A stretch of DNA of 64,000 nucleotides from Oscillospiraceae bacterium. GTDB taxonomy: Bacteria; Bacillota; Clostridia; Oscillospirales; UBA644. Of the stretch, positions 56,208-64,000 are shown one piece after another. The position numbers were made by a program, and so were the translations under genes. Numbering within the stretch: position 1 is the first letter of the stretch; each line of letters begins with the position of its first letter. The notes under the pieces were generated by a model that worked only from the letters and a program-made list of their open reading frames with translations, did not search any database and had not been told where the DNA came from. The stretch covers positions 36,984 to 100,983 of the forward strand of contig CACZQB010000054.1 of assembly GCA_902783255.1 (NCBI GenBank), in the 5' to 3' direction.

Positions 56208-57551
56208 ATGATAATGAAACGACCATTATATCTGAATGAGAAATTTACTCAAAAGTTTGTATCCAGCCATGAATTTGACGCGCTTAAACCCTTTATCGCA
56301 ACTGCAGATAGTTTAGTAAATAATAGGTCTGGACTGGGATGCGATTTCCTGGGTTGGGTCAATCTGCCTGAAAGTTATGATAAAGAAGAGTTTTTAAGGG
56401 TCAAAAAAACAGCTGATAAAATCAGAAATGACAGCGATGTTCTTGTTGTTATTGGCATTGGAGGTTCATACCTCGGTTCAAGAGCTGTGATTGAATTTTG
56501 TGCTCCTATCGATGGAAAAGGAAAAAACAAATCCCCTGATATTTATTTTTTAGGAAATAATTTAAGTCCTTCTCATATGGTTGAAGTTCTTAATAAATGC
56601 AGAGGGAAACGCATTTCAGTTAATGTGATTTCAAAATCAGGAACAACGACAGAACCTGCACTCGCTTTCAGGGTAATGAAAGATTATCTCGAAAAAGAAT
56701 ACGGCAGTGAAGCAAAAAACCGTATTTATGCAACAACAGATAAGGCACGTGGAACGCTCAAAAAGCTTGCAGACGAAAAAGGATATGAAACATTTGTTAT
56801 TCCTGATGACATCGGGGGAAGATATTCCGTATTGACTCCTGTCGGTCTTTTACCTATTGCAGTAGCAGGAATTGACATCGAAGCTCTTATTTCCGGAGCA
56901 TACCAGGCAATGATTGATTTCAGAAATCCAGATATCGAAAAAAATGAATGCTACAGATATGCCGCCCTCAGAACGATTTTTAGCCGTAAAGGTAAAACAA
57001 CAGAGATAACGATTGGATATGAACCATTTGTAGCATCGTTTTGTGAATGGATCAAACAGTTGCACGGCGAAAGTGAAGGAAAAGACAATAAAGGACTTTT
57101 TCCAGCCAGTATGATTTTTTCAACTGATCTTCATTCTCTCGGACAATACGTTCAGCAAGGTCAAAGAAATCTTTTTGAAACCGTGTTATGGATCAATAAT
57201 CCCAAAGTCGATATAAGCATCATATCTGATCCGAATAATCTTGATGGCTTAAATTTCCTTACAGACAAGACTTTGAATGAAATAAACAAAAATGCATTTA
57301 TGGGTACGGTTCTCGCACATGTTGAGGGAGGCGTCCCGAACATAATTCTTGAGCTTGAGGACACAACGCCGCATTCTGTCGGTTATATGATTTATTTTTA
57401 TGAAAAAGCATGCGCTCTTGCTGGATATCTTAACGGTGTTAATCCCTTTGACCAACCCGGTGTTGAATCATACAAGAAAAATATGTTTGCACTTCTTGGC
57501 AAACCCGGATACGAGAATATGAAATCGGAACTTGAGTCCAGGTTAAAATAA
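56208..57551 (+). CDS. pgi: Glucose-6-phosphate isomerase (short Firmicute type)
   Basis: VVIGIGGSYLGSRA, ISKSGTTTEP and DIGGRYSVLT motifs; about 447 aa. Confidence 0.92.
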   Translation: MIMKRPLYLNEKFTQKFVSSHEFDALKPFIATADSLVNNRSGLGCDFLGWVNLPESYDKEEFLRVKKTADKIRNDSDVLVVIGIGGSYLGSRAVIEFCAPIDGKGKNKSPDIYFLGNNLSPSHMVEVLNKCRGKRISVNVISKSGTTTEPALAFRVMKDYLEKEYGSEAKNRIYATTDKARGTLKKLADEKGYETFVIPDDIGGRYSVLTPVGLLPIAVAGIDIEALISGAYQAMIDFRNPDIEKNECYRYAALRTIFSRKGKTTEITIGYEPFVASFCEWIKQLHGESEGKDNKGLFPASMIFSTDLHSLGQYVQQGQRNLFETVLWINNPKVDISIISDPNNLDGLNFLTDKTLNEINKNAFMGTVLAHVEGGVPNIILELEDTTPHSVGYMIYFYEKACALAGYLNGVNPFDQPGVESYKKNMFALLGKPGYENMKSELESRLK

Positions 57552-57595
57552 ACGATAAAAAAATCAGAATCTTTCATTTTTATCCGTTTTATAGC

Positions 57596-57624
57596 TTGCT
57601 TTATTAAAAAAAATATGATATAAT
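57596..57624 (+). promoter_or_regulatory. Promoter with an extended -10 for the mini P-loop gene
   Basis: TTGCTT (57596-57601), 17-nt spacer ending TGa, TATAAT (57619-57624). Confidence 0.4.
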
Positions 57625-57648
57625 AAAAATAAAGGAGTGTGTTGCGAT

Positions 57649-58065
57649 ATGATAAAGGTTATTATGGGACTTAAGGGTATGGGAAAAACTAAAACCCTTA
57701 TAGACAATGTGAATAGTTCTGTTAATGAAGAACATGGAAATGTTATCTGTATTGAAAAAGATCATAAACTCAGATACGATATCAGTTATAAAGCCAGGTT
57801 GATAAGCGCCAACGAATACGAAATCGACAGTTTTGACAAGTTTTATGGTTTTATATGCGGGCTTATTGCAGGCAACTATGATATTACCGCCGTATATGTT
57901 GATTCTATTCTTAAGATCTGCGGGGAGGATATGGAAGAATTTTATAACTTCCTTAAAAAAATCGAAAAACTCACAGAAAATATAAAAGTATTTATGACTG
58001 CAAGCTATGATATTGAAAAAGTCCCTGAAAATCTTCGTGAGTATATCCACCATCACGATAAATAA
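57649..58065 (+). CDS. Small stand-alone P-loop NTPase-like protein (138 aa), function unknown
   Basis: Walker A GLKGMGKTKT at residues 7-16 and a Walker B-like hhhhD (ITAVYVDS). AAAGGAG RBS 11 nt upstream of ATG 57649. Its composition looks protein-like, unlike the fully overlapping antisense ORF. Confidence 0.65.
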   Translation: MIKVIMGLKGMGKTKTLIDNVNSSVNEEHGNVICIEKDHKLRYDISYKARLISANEYEIDSFDKFYGFICGLIAGNYDITAVYVDSILKICGEDMEEFYNFLKKIEKLTENIKVFMTASYDIEKVPENLREYIHHHDK

Positions 58066-58086
58066 TCACATATTAATAAATACGTA

Positions 58087-58126
58087 TGGCTCTCCGTCTA
58101 TGGAGAGCCACATTTTATTTATTTTT
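58087..58126. terminator. Bidirectional terminator between the P-loop gene and femX-like gene
   Basis: 9-bp stem tggctctcc (58087-58095) pairs with ggagagcca (58102-58110), followed by cattttatttattttt. Confidence 0.65.
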
Positions 58127-59329
58127 AAGTTTAATCTTAAAATATATACGTTTTGCGATTGGCAATGCCCTAGAAAGCAACCAATATCTGAATTTTTTTG
58201 TCGATAATTCAAACTCTCCTGCATATTCAACGACTGTGGGATTAAATTTCATTTTAAAGTCAGAAAGACTGTCGTTTAAATCTCCGTGAATTCCTAATAA
58301 ACTGAACGTTTTACAACCTTTATTTCTGAAAAATCTCATTGCTTCGAAACGAAGTTGGTTTGTAGTTCTGAATCGAGGAAAAACAGAATCATCAAAGCCA
58401 CTGTATAAAAGATATGCTGTGGAATTTGATTTGACGGTTAACAAAGCAGAAACAGGTATAGTATTTCCCCTTTCTTTCTTAAGTTTTTCAGCCTCTTCGA
58501 GATCTTTTTCTGCAAGAGCAACAGAATCACTGTCTCCTGTTCTTATTTGCTCTTTCAAAAATGCTATTAACTTTTCAAGGTTAATTTTTGCGAAAAAGAA
58601 AACATTATCTTCACCAAATGCATCGCATATTCTTTTAAAATACGCTTCATCTCTCAAGACGATATGCTGTCTTTCTTCTGTATGTTTTGATATTTCGCAA
58701 AAATGTCTAACAGCATTTTCTCCAATATCGTATTCAAAAAAAATACCTCTGTTGTCTGTGTAGCGTCCGATAAATTTACGTATCTTTTTGTCAAAACTTT
58801 TTGCAAGGAATTCATCAGAAAGTGGACAACCATCTGAATCTGTCAAAGATATCTCAGCATTATATCTTGGTTGAGTATAGGTATGAAAATCCTTATCGAA
58901 TCCCATATGTCTGAATCCGATATTATTTAGAATATCCATTTTTTGCTTTCCGAGTTGGTCAATGATAACTGTATGGTCATGATAAGTTGAGAGAACGATC
59001 TCTGGATCGATTCTTATCATACATGCCCCTATTTTTTTTGCGTAAGTAATTACACCATCTGTAAAAGCGGACACAGCTTCTTTATCTGAATAATCAACAA
59101 TAAAGCCCCTTGGAGAATAAATAATTTTAAATCCGGGAGCAAATCTTCTGATCAAAAGTAGCGCTCCCGCTACCGGTTTTTCGTCAGCATAAAGAAGACA
59201 AAGCGTACTTTTCCAGTCAATTTTTATTTTGGCCCACATAGGCGTTTGAGTGATGTTGTAATTGGGCTGCGTTGTAAGCCATGCCATATAATCTTTGGGT
59301 GAGATATTTGCGGAAAATCTATAATTCAT
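58115..59329 (-). CDS. FemAB/FemX-family peptidoglycan interpeptide-bridge aminoacyltransferase
   Basis: About 400 aa with the FemABX two-GNAT-like-lobe layout (MWAKIK...W, GALLLIRRF..., YSGFDD, FKMKFNP motifs). I prefer ATG 59329 (MNYRFSANI...) just after the upstream stop, rather than 59398. Confidence 0.78.
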   Translation of the reverse strand: MNYRFSANISPKDYMAWLTTQPNYNITQTPMWAKIKIDWKSTLCLLYADEKPVAGALLLIRRFAPGFKIIYSPRGFIVDYSDKEAVSAFTDGVITYAKKIGACMIRIDPEIVLSTYHDHTVIIDQLGKQKMDILNNIGFRHMGFDKDFHTYTQPRYNAEISLTDSDGCPLSDEFLAKSFDKKIRKFIGRYTDNRGIFFEYDIGENAVRHFCEISKHTEERQHIVLRDEAYFKRICDAFGEDNVFFFAKINLEKLIAFLKEQIRTGDSDSVALAEKDLEEAEKLKKERGNTIPVSALLTVKSNSTAYLLYSGFDDSVFPRFRTTNQLRFEAMRFFRNKGCKTFSLLGIHGDLNDSLSDFKMKFNPTVVEYAGEFELSTKKFRYWLLSRALPIAKRIYFKIKLKNK

Positions 59330-59333
59330 AATT

Positions 59334-59882
59334 CTAATCCTGAATATTGCATAATATTTCAAATAATTTGTTTGTAGATAAATATTTGGGTAAACCAAGG
59401 GATTCTTTTAATGCGAGTCTTCTTTTTGCGCTGTCCTTTTTTCCGTAAAGACCAATCTCATAAAATTCGCTTTTGTTTATTGTTTTTCTGATTGTTGTCT
59501 CTTTTCCTAAATTAACGCCTGCAATTTTTAATGCGTTAATTATAATATCTTTCGTCATTCCTTCAACGCCTATAAATCCTTCTTTTGAAGGCTCCCTTTT
59601 TCTTTTTTCAACACCGTGTATATTAGGGATATATGCATTTTTGACATGTTTTTTGTCTACAAATGAAAGGATTTTATTGCGTATAAGGAAGCCTGCTTTG
59701 TCGCTGTCTGTTAAAATCACCAGTCCCCTTTTGGGGGCAAGAATTTGTAATGTATTAATTAAATCCTTGTCTTTAAAAATGCGAAAACCTCCGGTTTCAA
59801 GTACGATTGTGTCAATATATTGCTTTACAGTTGCGCAGTCGTACTTTCCTTCCACAACAATAATTTCGTCAATTTTAATCAT
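59334..59882 (-). CDS. rnmV: Ribonuclease M5 (5S rRNA maturase, Toprim domain)
   Basis: IIVVEGKYD and VILTDSDKAGFLIR Toprim motifs; about 180 aa. Confidence 0.85.
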   Translation of the reverse strand: MIKIDEIIVVEGKYDCATVKQYIDTIVLETGGFRIFKDKDLINTLQILAPKRGLVILTDSDKAGFLIRNKILSFVDKKHVKNAYIPNIHGVEKRKREPSKEGFIGVEGMTKDIIINALKIAGVNLGKETTIRKTINKSEFYEIGLYGKKDSAKRRLALKESLGLPKYLSTNKLFEILCNIQD

Positions 59883-60883
59883 AATAATCCTGTCAAAGTA
59901 ATAATTGTATCTGATAATACAGCTGAGATGTCTGAAGAAGTGGACTTTGAAATAATGTCAGCATTACAGCATAAATCAATCATTCTCAGTAACTTTTTGC
60001 TATTTATTTTTTTTGTTCTATAAACATTTTTTTCAACAACAAAAGGCTTTTGCATTATTATTTCAGAGATTTCGGAAATAGAAAGGCCTGAATTATGGAG
60101 TATTTTTGTTTTATACATGCCTGTAACAAAATAATACAAAGAAGAAAGTATCAAAATTTCATTAGTTCTCATATCGAGCAGATTTTTTAACAGAGAAAAT
60201 GCCTTTTCGCTATTTTTATCAAGAATGGCATTTGTAAGCTCATATGTCTTGGCGTCTATTGTTTTTGACGTGACAAGATCGATAGCATCTTTGGTAATCA
60301 TTTCATTGCAATATGATGAAAGTTTTGCAATTTCGTTTGATAATGAATACATATCTGTGGATGTGCTGGAAACAAAGTAAGATAATGTTGATGCATCAAT
60401 TTGTTTATTTCGTTTACGAAATTGCTGATTAACCCATTTGTAAAGAGTTTGCTGGTCAAGCGGATTAATATCGACCCAAAGACCATACTCTGATACAGCT
60501 TTTTTGAAAAGATTACTAATTGACGATTTCATATCAATTTTTTCTGTAATTTGGTAAATAATAATAAGACATGTATCGTCAACTTCCTTTATATTATTGA
60601 TTAACCACTCAAAACAATCGTCTGATACCTTCAGATCTTTCAAAATAATCGCCTTTTTTTCTGAAAAAATAGGGAATGATGAAACGGCATCGGATAGTTC
60701 TGATGATGTAATATCTGATGCTTCTTTTATGATACAATCGGGATTGTTATTTTCTTTTCCAAAAAGAGCACGCTTCAGTTCATTAAAATAATAATGTTTC
60801 AGGTAAGCCTCTTCTCCGCAGATATAATAAAGTTTACGGAAGTTATGCGATTCAATATCGCTTTTCAGAAGTTGTAAGCTCAT
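59879..60883 (-). CDS. holA: DNA polymerase III delta subunit
   Basis: About 334 aa, with an N-terminal YYICGEEAYL motif and the position downstream of comEC as in B. subtilis. ATG 60883 with AAGAGG 5 nt upstream preferred over 60916. ATGA overlap with rnmV. Confidence 0.8.
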   Translation of the reverse strand: MSLQLLKSDIESHNFRKLYYICGEEAYLKHYYFNELKRALFGKENNNPDCIIKEASDITSSELSDAVSSFPIFSEKKAIILKDLKVSDDCFEWLINNIKEVDDTCLIIIYQITEKIDMKSSISNLFKKAVSEYGLWVDINPLDQQTLYKWVNQQFRKRNKQIDASTLSYFVSSTSTDMYSLSNEIAKLSSYCNEMITKDAIDLVTSKTIDAKTYELTNAILDKNSEKAFSLLKNLLDMRTNEILILSSLYYFVTGMYKTKILHNSGLSISEISEIIMQKPFVVEKNVYRTKKINSKKLLRMIDLCCNADIISKSTSSDISAVLSDTIITLTGLL

Positions 60884-60896
60884 AATTACCTCTTTT

Positions 60897-63254
60897 TTAT
60901 TTTCCGTAAACAACATTATAATTTATTCCGTCTGAAATAATTTCAATAGTTCCGTATTCAATTGTAGTCAAAATCTTGCTGCTGGAAGCTTCAATACGTT
61001 CGATCGTTTCTTTTGCAGGGTGACCAAAAGAATTTTTGCCGACAGATATTATTGAAATTATCGGAGAGATATTATCTAAAAACAGTTTTGAACTTGAATA
61101 TTTTGATCCGTGATGTGGAATGCTCAGAAAATCACAATCAAGAAAATCACCATACATTGTGGTGATCGTTTCTTCGGAAACTTCTGTCAAATCTCCGGGA
61201 AACAATGCTCGCAGATTAACTATTTCCGCAACGACCGCAATACAATTATCATTTTGATCAGTGTTTTCTTCATTAAGGTGATTTGTTAAAATAAAGACAG
61301 ACATATCACCAAGCTTTCGGGTGTCGTCGCGGTCTATTTCAATTACTTCAGTACCAACGCTGTCTGCTGTCTCAATCAGATCTATATATATAGCCGGATC
61401 ACCTTCTGTATACGGAATAATGACTTCTTTAACGTTCCACTCATCCAGAAGCGTGTTCAGTGCGTTGCAATGATCCGAATGAAGATGAGATACGATTATA
61501 GTATCAACATTTCTTATACTTTTTGAATGTAAATAATTGTTGATAGCATATGAAGCGTTTTTTGAACCTCCGCAATCAATAATTACAGCATGGTTCCCGT
61601 AGCTCAATACGGAGCTCATACCCTGCCCTACATCTATGTAAGCAATATGATATAATCCGTCATCAGGGTCAAAGATTGCTTTGATTGCCGTGCCGCCAAA
61701 GAGAGATATAATGAATGTTATCGCAAATACGGCGGCTGAATAAGCGATGTATTTTTTCTTTGCCTTTTTAGGTTTTGGCATATTTTTGAAATAATAAAAA
61801 ATTGCAACGATAAGAGCAATTAAAGCGCAGACAATAATGGTACCTAATGCTAAATCCGTTTTTGCGAAAAATGAATTTGCAAAAAAAGTCGACACAGACA
61901 TTATCAAATTAACTCCTAAAGTGACTAATTGAGAAAAAAAGAGCGTTAAAGGGGCACAGAAAGGGATAAATGAAAAAATAATCATAATTAAAGCAAGAAT
62001 ATAAACGATTGTAACAAGCTGTAAAACTATAAGATTAGCTAAAACGCCGATTACTGTAGTTCTCGAAAAAAATACTTCTGAAACGATAACTGTAAATGAA
62101 GTTGCAGCGATGGATACAGATAGAATACCAACTAAATATCCTGCACGCTTTGATAATACATGACCCGTTTGTAAAAATAATCCAGTGATAATCTCTTTTT
62201 TTAAGCCTGATGCCAAAAGGATTATGCCGGTAGTAGCGCTGAATGTCAGTAAAAGAGATGGAGAAAATGCAGAAAAGGGTGAAATAATCAGAATTAATGT
62301 AAGAATAAGACCTAAAATATTTAATGAATCTGCTTTACGATAAAAAGATTTTCCTAGAAGGAATGAGAAAGCCATAAACACGGCGCGGATCGCTGAAATA
62401 GAGAAACCGGTGACTGCAAGTAGAATAAATAAACCCGGTAAGATAAGAAATAGTTTTGTCAGTGATTTTTTGATTTTGAATAAACTGACGATATATCCTA
62501 AAAACAAAGCAACAATTGAAACATGAAGCCCTGAAACGGCGCACACATGATATACTCCTGCAGATTGCAAAACGGTTTTTTCTTCAGAGGATAATCCGGA
62601 TTTATCACCTAAGATCAATGCATTAAGAAATCCGTATGCTTTGCCTGCTTCCAGTCCTATATGCTTGCTTATTTCATGACGAATATTATAGAAAATACGG
62701 TTAAATGAAAAACCTGTATTTTTAACCAATATTATTCTTCCGGTTGCCTCTCCAATAAAGTTAATGCCGTTCGATCGATTGTATGTCCTATTCTTTTGAT
62801 CTACTGATTTTGTAATATTGGCGATAATTATATCGTCGGGAACAACCGACATCTTTTCAACAGTTTTAAATGATATAACAGCACCGGTTTCATTGCAAAT
62901 AATATTTGTTAGATATCCGTTGTATGTTTTAATATTTACTTTGTCGGATATGGTAAATATTTTGTTTTTACTGGATATGCTTTGCTGTATAATATGGCGG
63001 TAGTTGAAATTTGAATAAGACCAAAGAACAGAACCGATAAGGACACACGAAGAAATTAAAATAAAATATTTTTTAAATCGATCAGGGATTTGTATGTCAG
63101 GAACTGCAGACAATAGGAATATAGCGCCAATTAAGGCAGAAATAAAAGCAGAAACAGGCAAAAGACTTTTTTCATAACCATAATACCATGCAGTCTCACA
63201 TATTATAATGGTGATAAGGATCGAAATACCTGATATGAAAAAAGGGCGTTTCAT
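60897..63254 (-). CDS. comEC: DNA internalisation-related competence protein ComEC/Rec2
   Basis: Polytopic competence domain plus a C-terminal metallo-beta-lactamase domain (VSHLHSDHCNAL, PHHGS). Confidence 0.9.
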   Translation of the reverse strand: MKRPFFISGISILITIIICETAWYYGYEKSLLPVSAFISALIGAIFLLSAVPDIQIPDRFKKYFILISSCVLIGSVLWSYSNFNYRHIIQQSISSKNKIFTISDKVNIKTYNGYLTNIICNETGAVISFKTVEKMSVVPDDIIIANITKSVDQKNRTYNRSNGINFIGEATGRIILVKNTGFSFNRIFYNIRHEISKHIGLEAGKAYGFLNALILGDKSGLSSEEKTVLQSAGVYHVCAVSGLHVSIVALFLGYIVSLFKIKKSLTKLFLILPGLFILLAVTGFSISAIRAVFMAFSFLLGKSFYRKADSLNILGLILTLILIISPFSAFSPSLLLTFSATTGIILLASGLKKEIITGLFLQTGHVLSKRAGYLVGILSVSIAATSFTVIVSEVFFSRTTVIGVLANLIVLQLVTIVYILALIMIIFSFIPFCAPLTLFFSQLVTLGVNLIMSVSTFFANSFFAKTDLALGTIIVCALIALIVAIFYYFKNMPKPKKAKKKYIAYSAAVFAITFIISLFGGTAIKAIFDPDDGLYHIAYIDVGQGMSSVLSYGNHAVIIDCGGSKNASYAINNYLHSKSIRNVDTIIVSHLHSDHCNALNTLLDEWNVKEVIIPYTEGDPAIYIDLIETADSVGTEVIEIDRDDTRKLGDMSVFILTNHLNEENTDQNDNCIAVVAEIVNLRALFPGDLTEVSEETITTMYGDFLDCDFLSIPHHGSKYSSSKLFLDNISPIISIISVGKNSFGHPAKETIERIEASSSKILTTIEYGTIEIISDGINYNVVYGK

Positions 63255-63255
63255 T

Positions 63256-64000
63256 TCAAGTTTTTAAAGTTACAATGGTAACACCGGTCTCGCCCTCACC
63301 GTAAAGACCAAGACGGTAGTCAGCAACAAGAGGATGTCGTTTTAATTTATCATGCACTGCGGCTCTCAAAGCTCCAGTCCCCTTTCCGTGAATTATGCTG
63401 ACTGTATTTAAATTTGCCATTGCTGCATTGTTTAGAAGTTCGTCAATTAATCCATCAGCTTCGTCTCCGGTCATACCGCGGATATCAATTTCATTCTTAG
63501 CTTGTCTGCTGCCTCGTTCAAGTTTCAAAATATTAATAGATTCATGTTCTTGTTTTACACATTCGTCAAATTCAATGTCGCTTACATTAACCTTAGTTTT
63601 AACAGATCCTGCAGAAATAAGAGCATTTCCCTTTTTGTCGGGTTCTTCCAGAACGACTCCAGGTTTATTTATGCTGAATATAATAATATGATCCCCTTGT
63701 TTCAGTGGTCTTGACAATGGCTTTTTAATTCTTTTAACTGTAGTATCTGTTGCCTTTTCAAGTTTATCGGTTATCTCAGCTAACTCATTCTTTGTTTGGC
63801 TGATTTTTGTTTTGAAATCATCCCTGTCCTTTGCTTTTCTGAGTTCATCGATCTGCCTAAGCATATAATCGATATCCCGTTTTGTCTTTTCAACAAGATC
63901 TGCAGCTTTTGCCTTTTGTTTTGCAATTTCTCTATCTGCGGCCTCCTGTTTTTTTAGCAGAATTTCGTCGGTTTCTCTCGCTTTTTTTTCTTCTTCTTTT
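63256..64000 (-). CDS. mutS2: Endonuclease MutS2 (C-terminal part; gene continues past the window edge)
   Basis: C-terminal Smr domain (IDIRGMTGDEA...SIIHGKGTGALR) preceded by a Lys/Glu coiled coil. The reading frame stays open from 63864 up to base 64000 (...KEEEKKARETDEILLKKQEAADREIAKQKAKAADLVEKTKRDIDYMLRQ...). Confidence 0.85.
   Translation of the reverse strand, partial: KEEEKKARETDEILLKKQEAADREIAKQKAKAADLVEKTKRDIDYMLRQIDELRKAKDRDDFKTKISQTKNELAEITDKLEKATDTTVKRIKKPLSRPLKQGDHIIIFSINKPGVVLEEPDKKGNALISAGSVKTKVNVSDIEFDECVKQEHESINILKLERGSRQAKNEIDIRGMTGDEADGLIDELLNNAAMANLNTVSIIHGKGTGALRAAVHDKLKRHPLVADYRLGLYGEGETGVTIVTLKT

Noticed and set aside
57604-58056. 150-aa ORF almost exactly antisense to the mini P-loop gene; which strand codes?
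   Set aside because: The two frames are codon-aligned, so the antisense frame is open simply because the sense gene uses no TTA, CTA or TCA codons (its Leu codons are CTT/CTC/TTG). The antisense product (FFNIIACSHKYFYIFCEFFDFF...) is compositionally implausible and lacks an RBS. The + strand has an RBS, promoter, Walker A and terminator.
1-64000. Scanned for CRISPR arrays, rRNA, IS/transposase genes, prophage blocks, toxin-antitoxin pairs and large defence-type ATPase/nuclease genes.
   Set aside because: I saw no regularly spaced direct repeats, no transposase-like ORFs and no unassigned large ORFs. Every ORF over 400 aa has a confident housekeeping assignment or is one of the reported fusions.

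Overview
This is an AT-rich chromosomal segment that looks like a low-GC Firmicute of the Clostridia type (composition judged by eye, not computed). It is densely coding, with about 57 CDS and one tRNA-Leu(UAG). Almost all of it is core housekeeping. Left part, mostly + strand: ispH-S1 fusion, hprK-murB-whiA-dnaE, eda, pduL, a pseudouridine synthase, glucokinase, pth-mfd, pncB, recJ-relA-dtd, a HemN/HemZ-like radical SAM protein, rpsU, a YqeG phosphatase and an M24 peptidase. Right part, mostly - strand: rluD-lspA-ileS-divIVA-ylmH-sepF-yggS (the same order as in B. subtilis), hfq-miaA-mutL-mutS-ymcA-miaB, pgi, femX-rnmV-holA-comEC and a truncated mutS2. I found no rRNA, CRISPR array, transposase, prophage or recognisable defence or toxin module, and I cannot point to a clear multi-gene novel system. 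The most interesting structure is a convergent switch of gene orientation at about 37.2-39.9 kb, which suggests a replication terminus. At that switch sit an orphan sulfotransferase-like gene, tRNA-Leu, an unusually long Xer-type tyrosine recombinase with a low-complexity N-terminal extension and, just upstream of the recombinase, a dif-like 11-6-11 dyad next to a perfect 16+4+16 palindrome. This layout resembles the single-recombinase dif modules XerS/difSL and XerH/difH, but that reading is inference only. Secondary items are three domain fusions (TIM-barrel plus acyl-AMP ligase; GT4 plus GT4; IspH plus S1), a monocistronic mini P-loop protein, a Cys-tailed YmcA/YlbF homologue, ileS without room for a T-box leader, and a candidate leaderless mRNA. 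Many sigma-A-type promoters (TTGACA-17-TATAAT, often with TGn) and hairpin terminators are readable directly. All product calls rest on motif recognition in the supplied translations. No database search was run.
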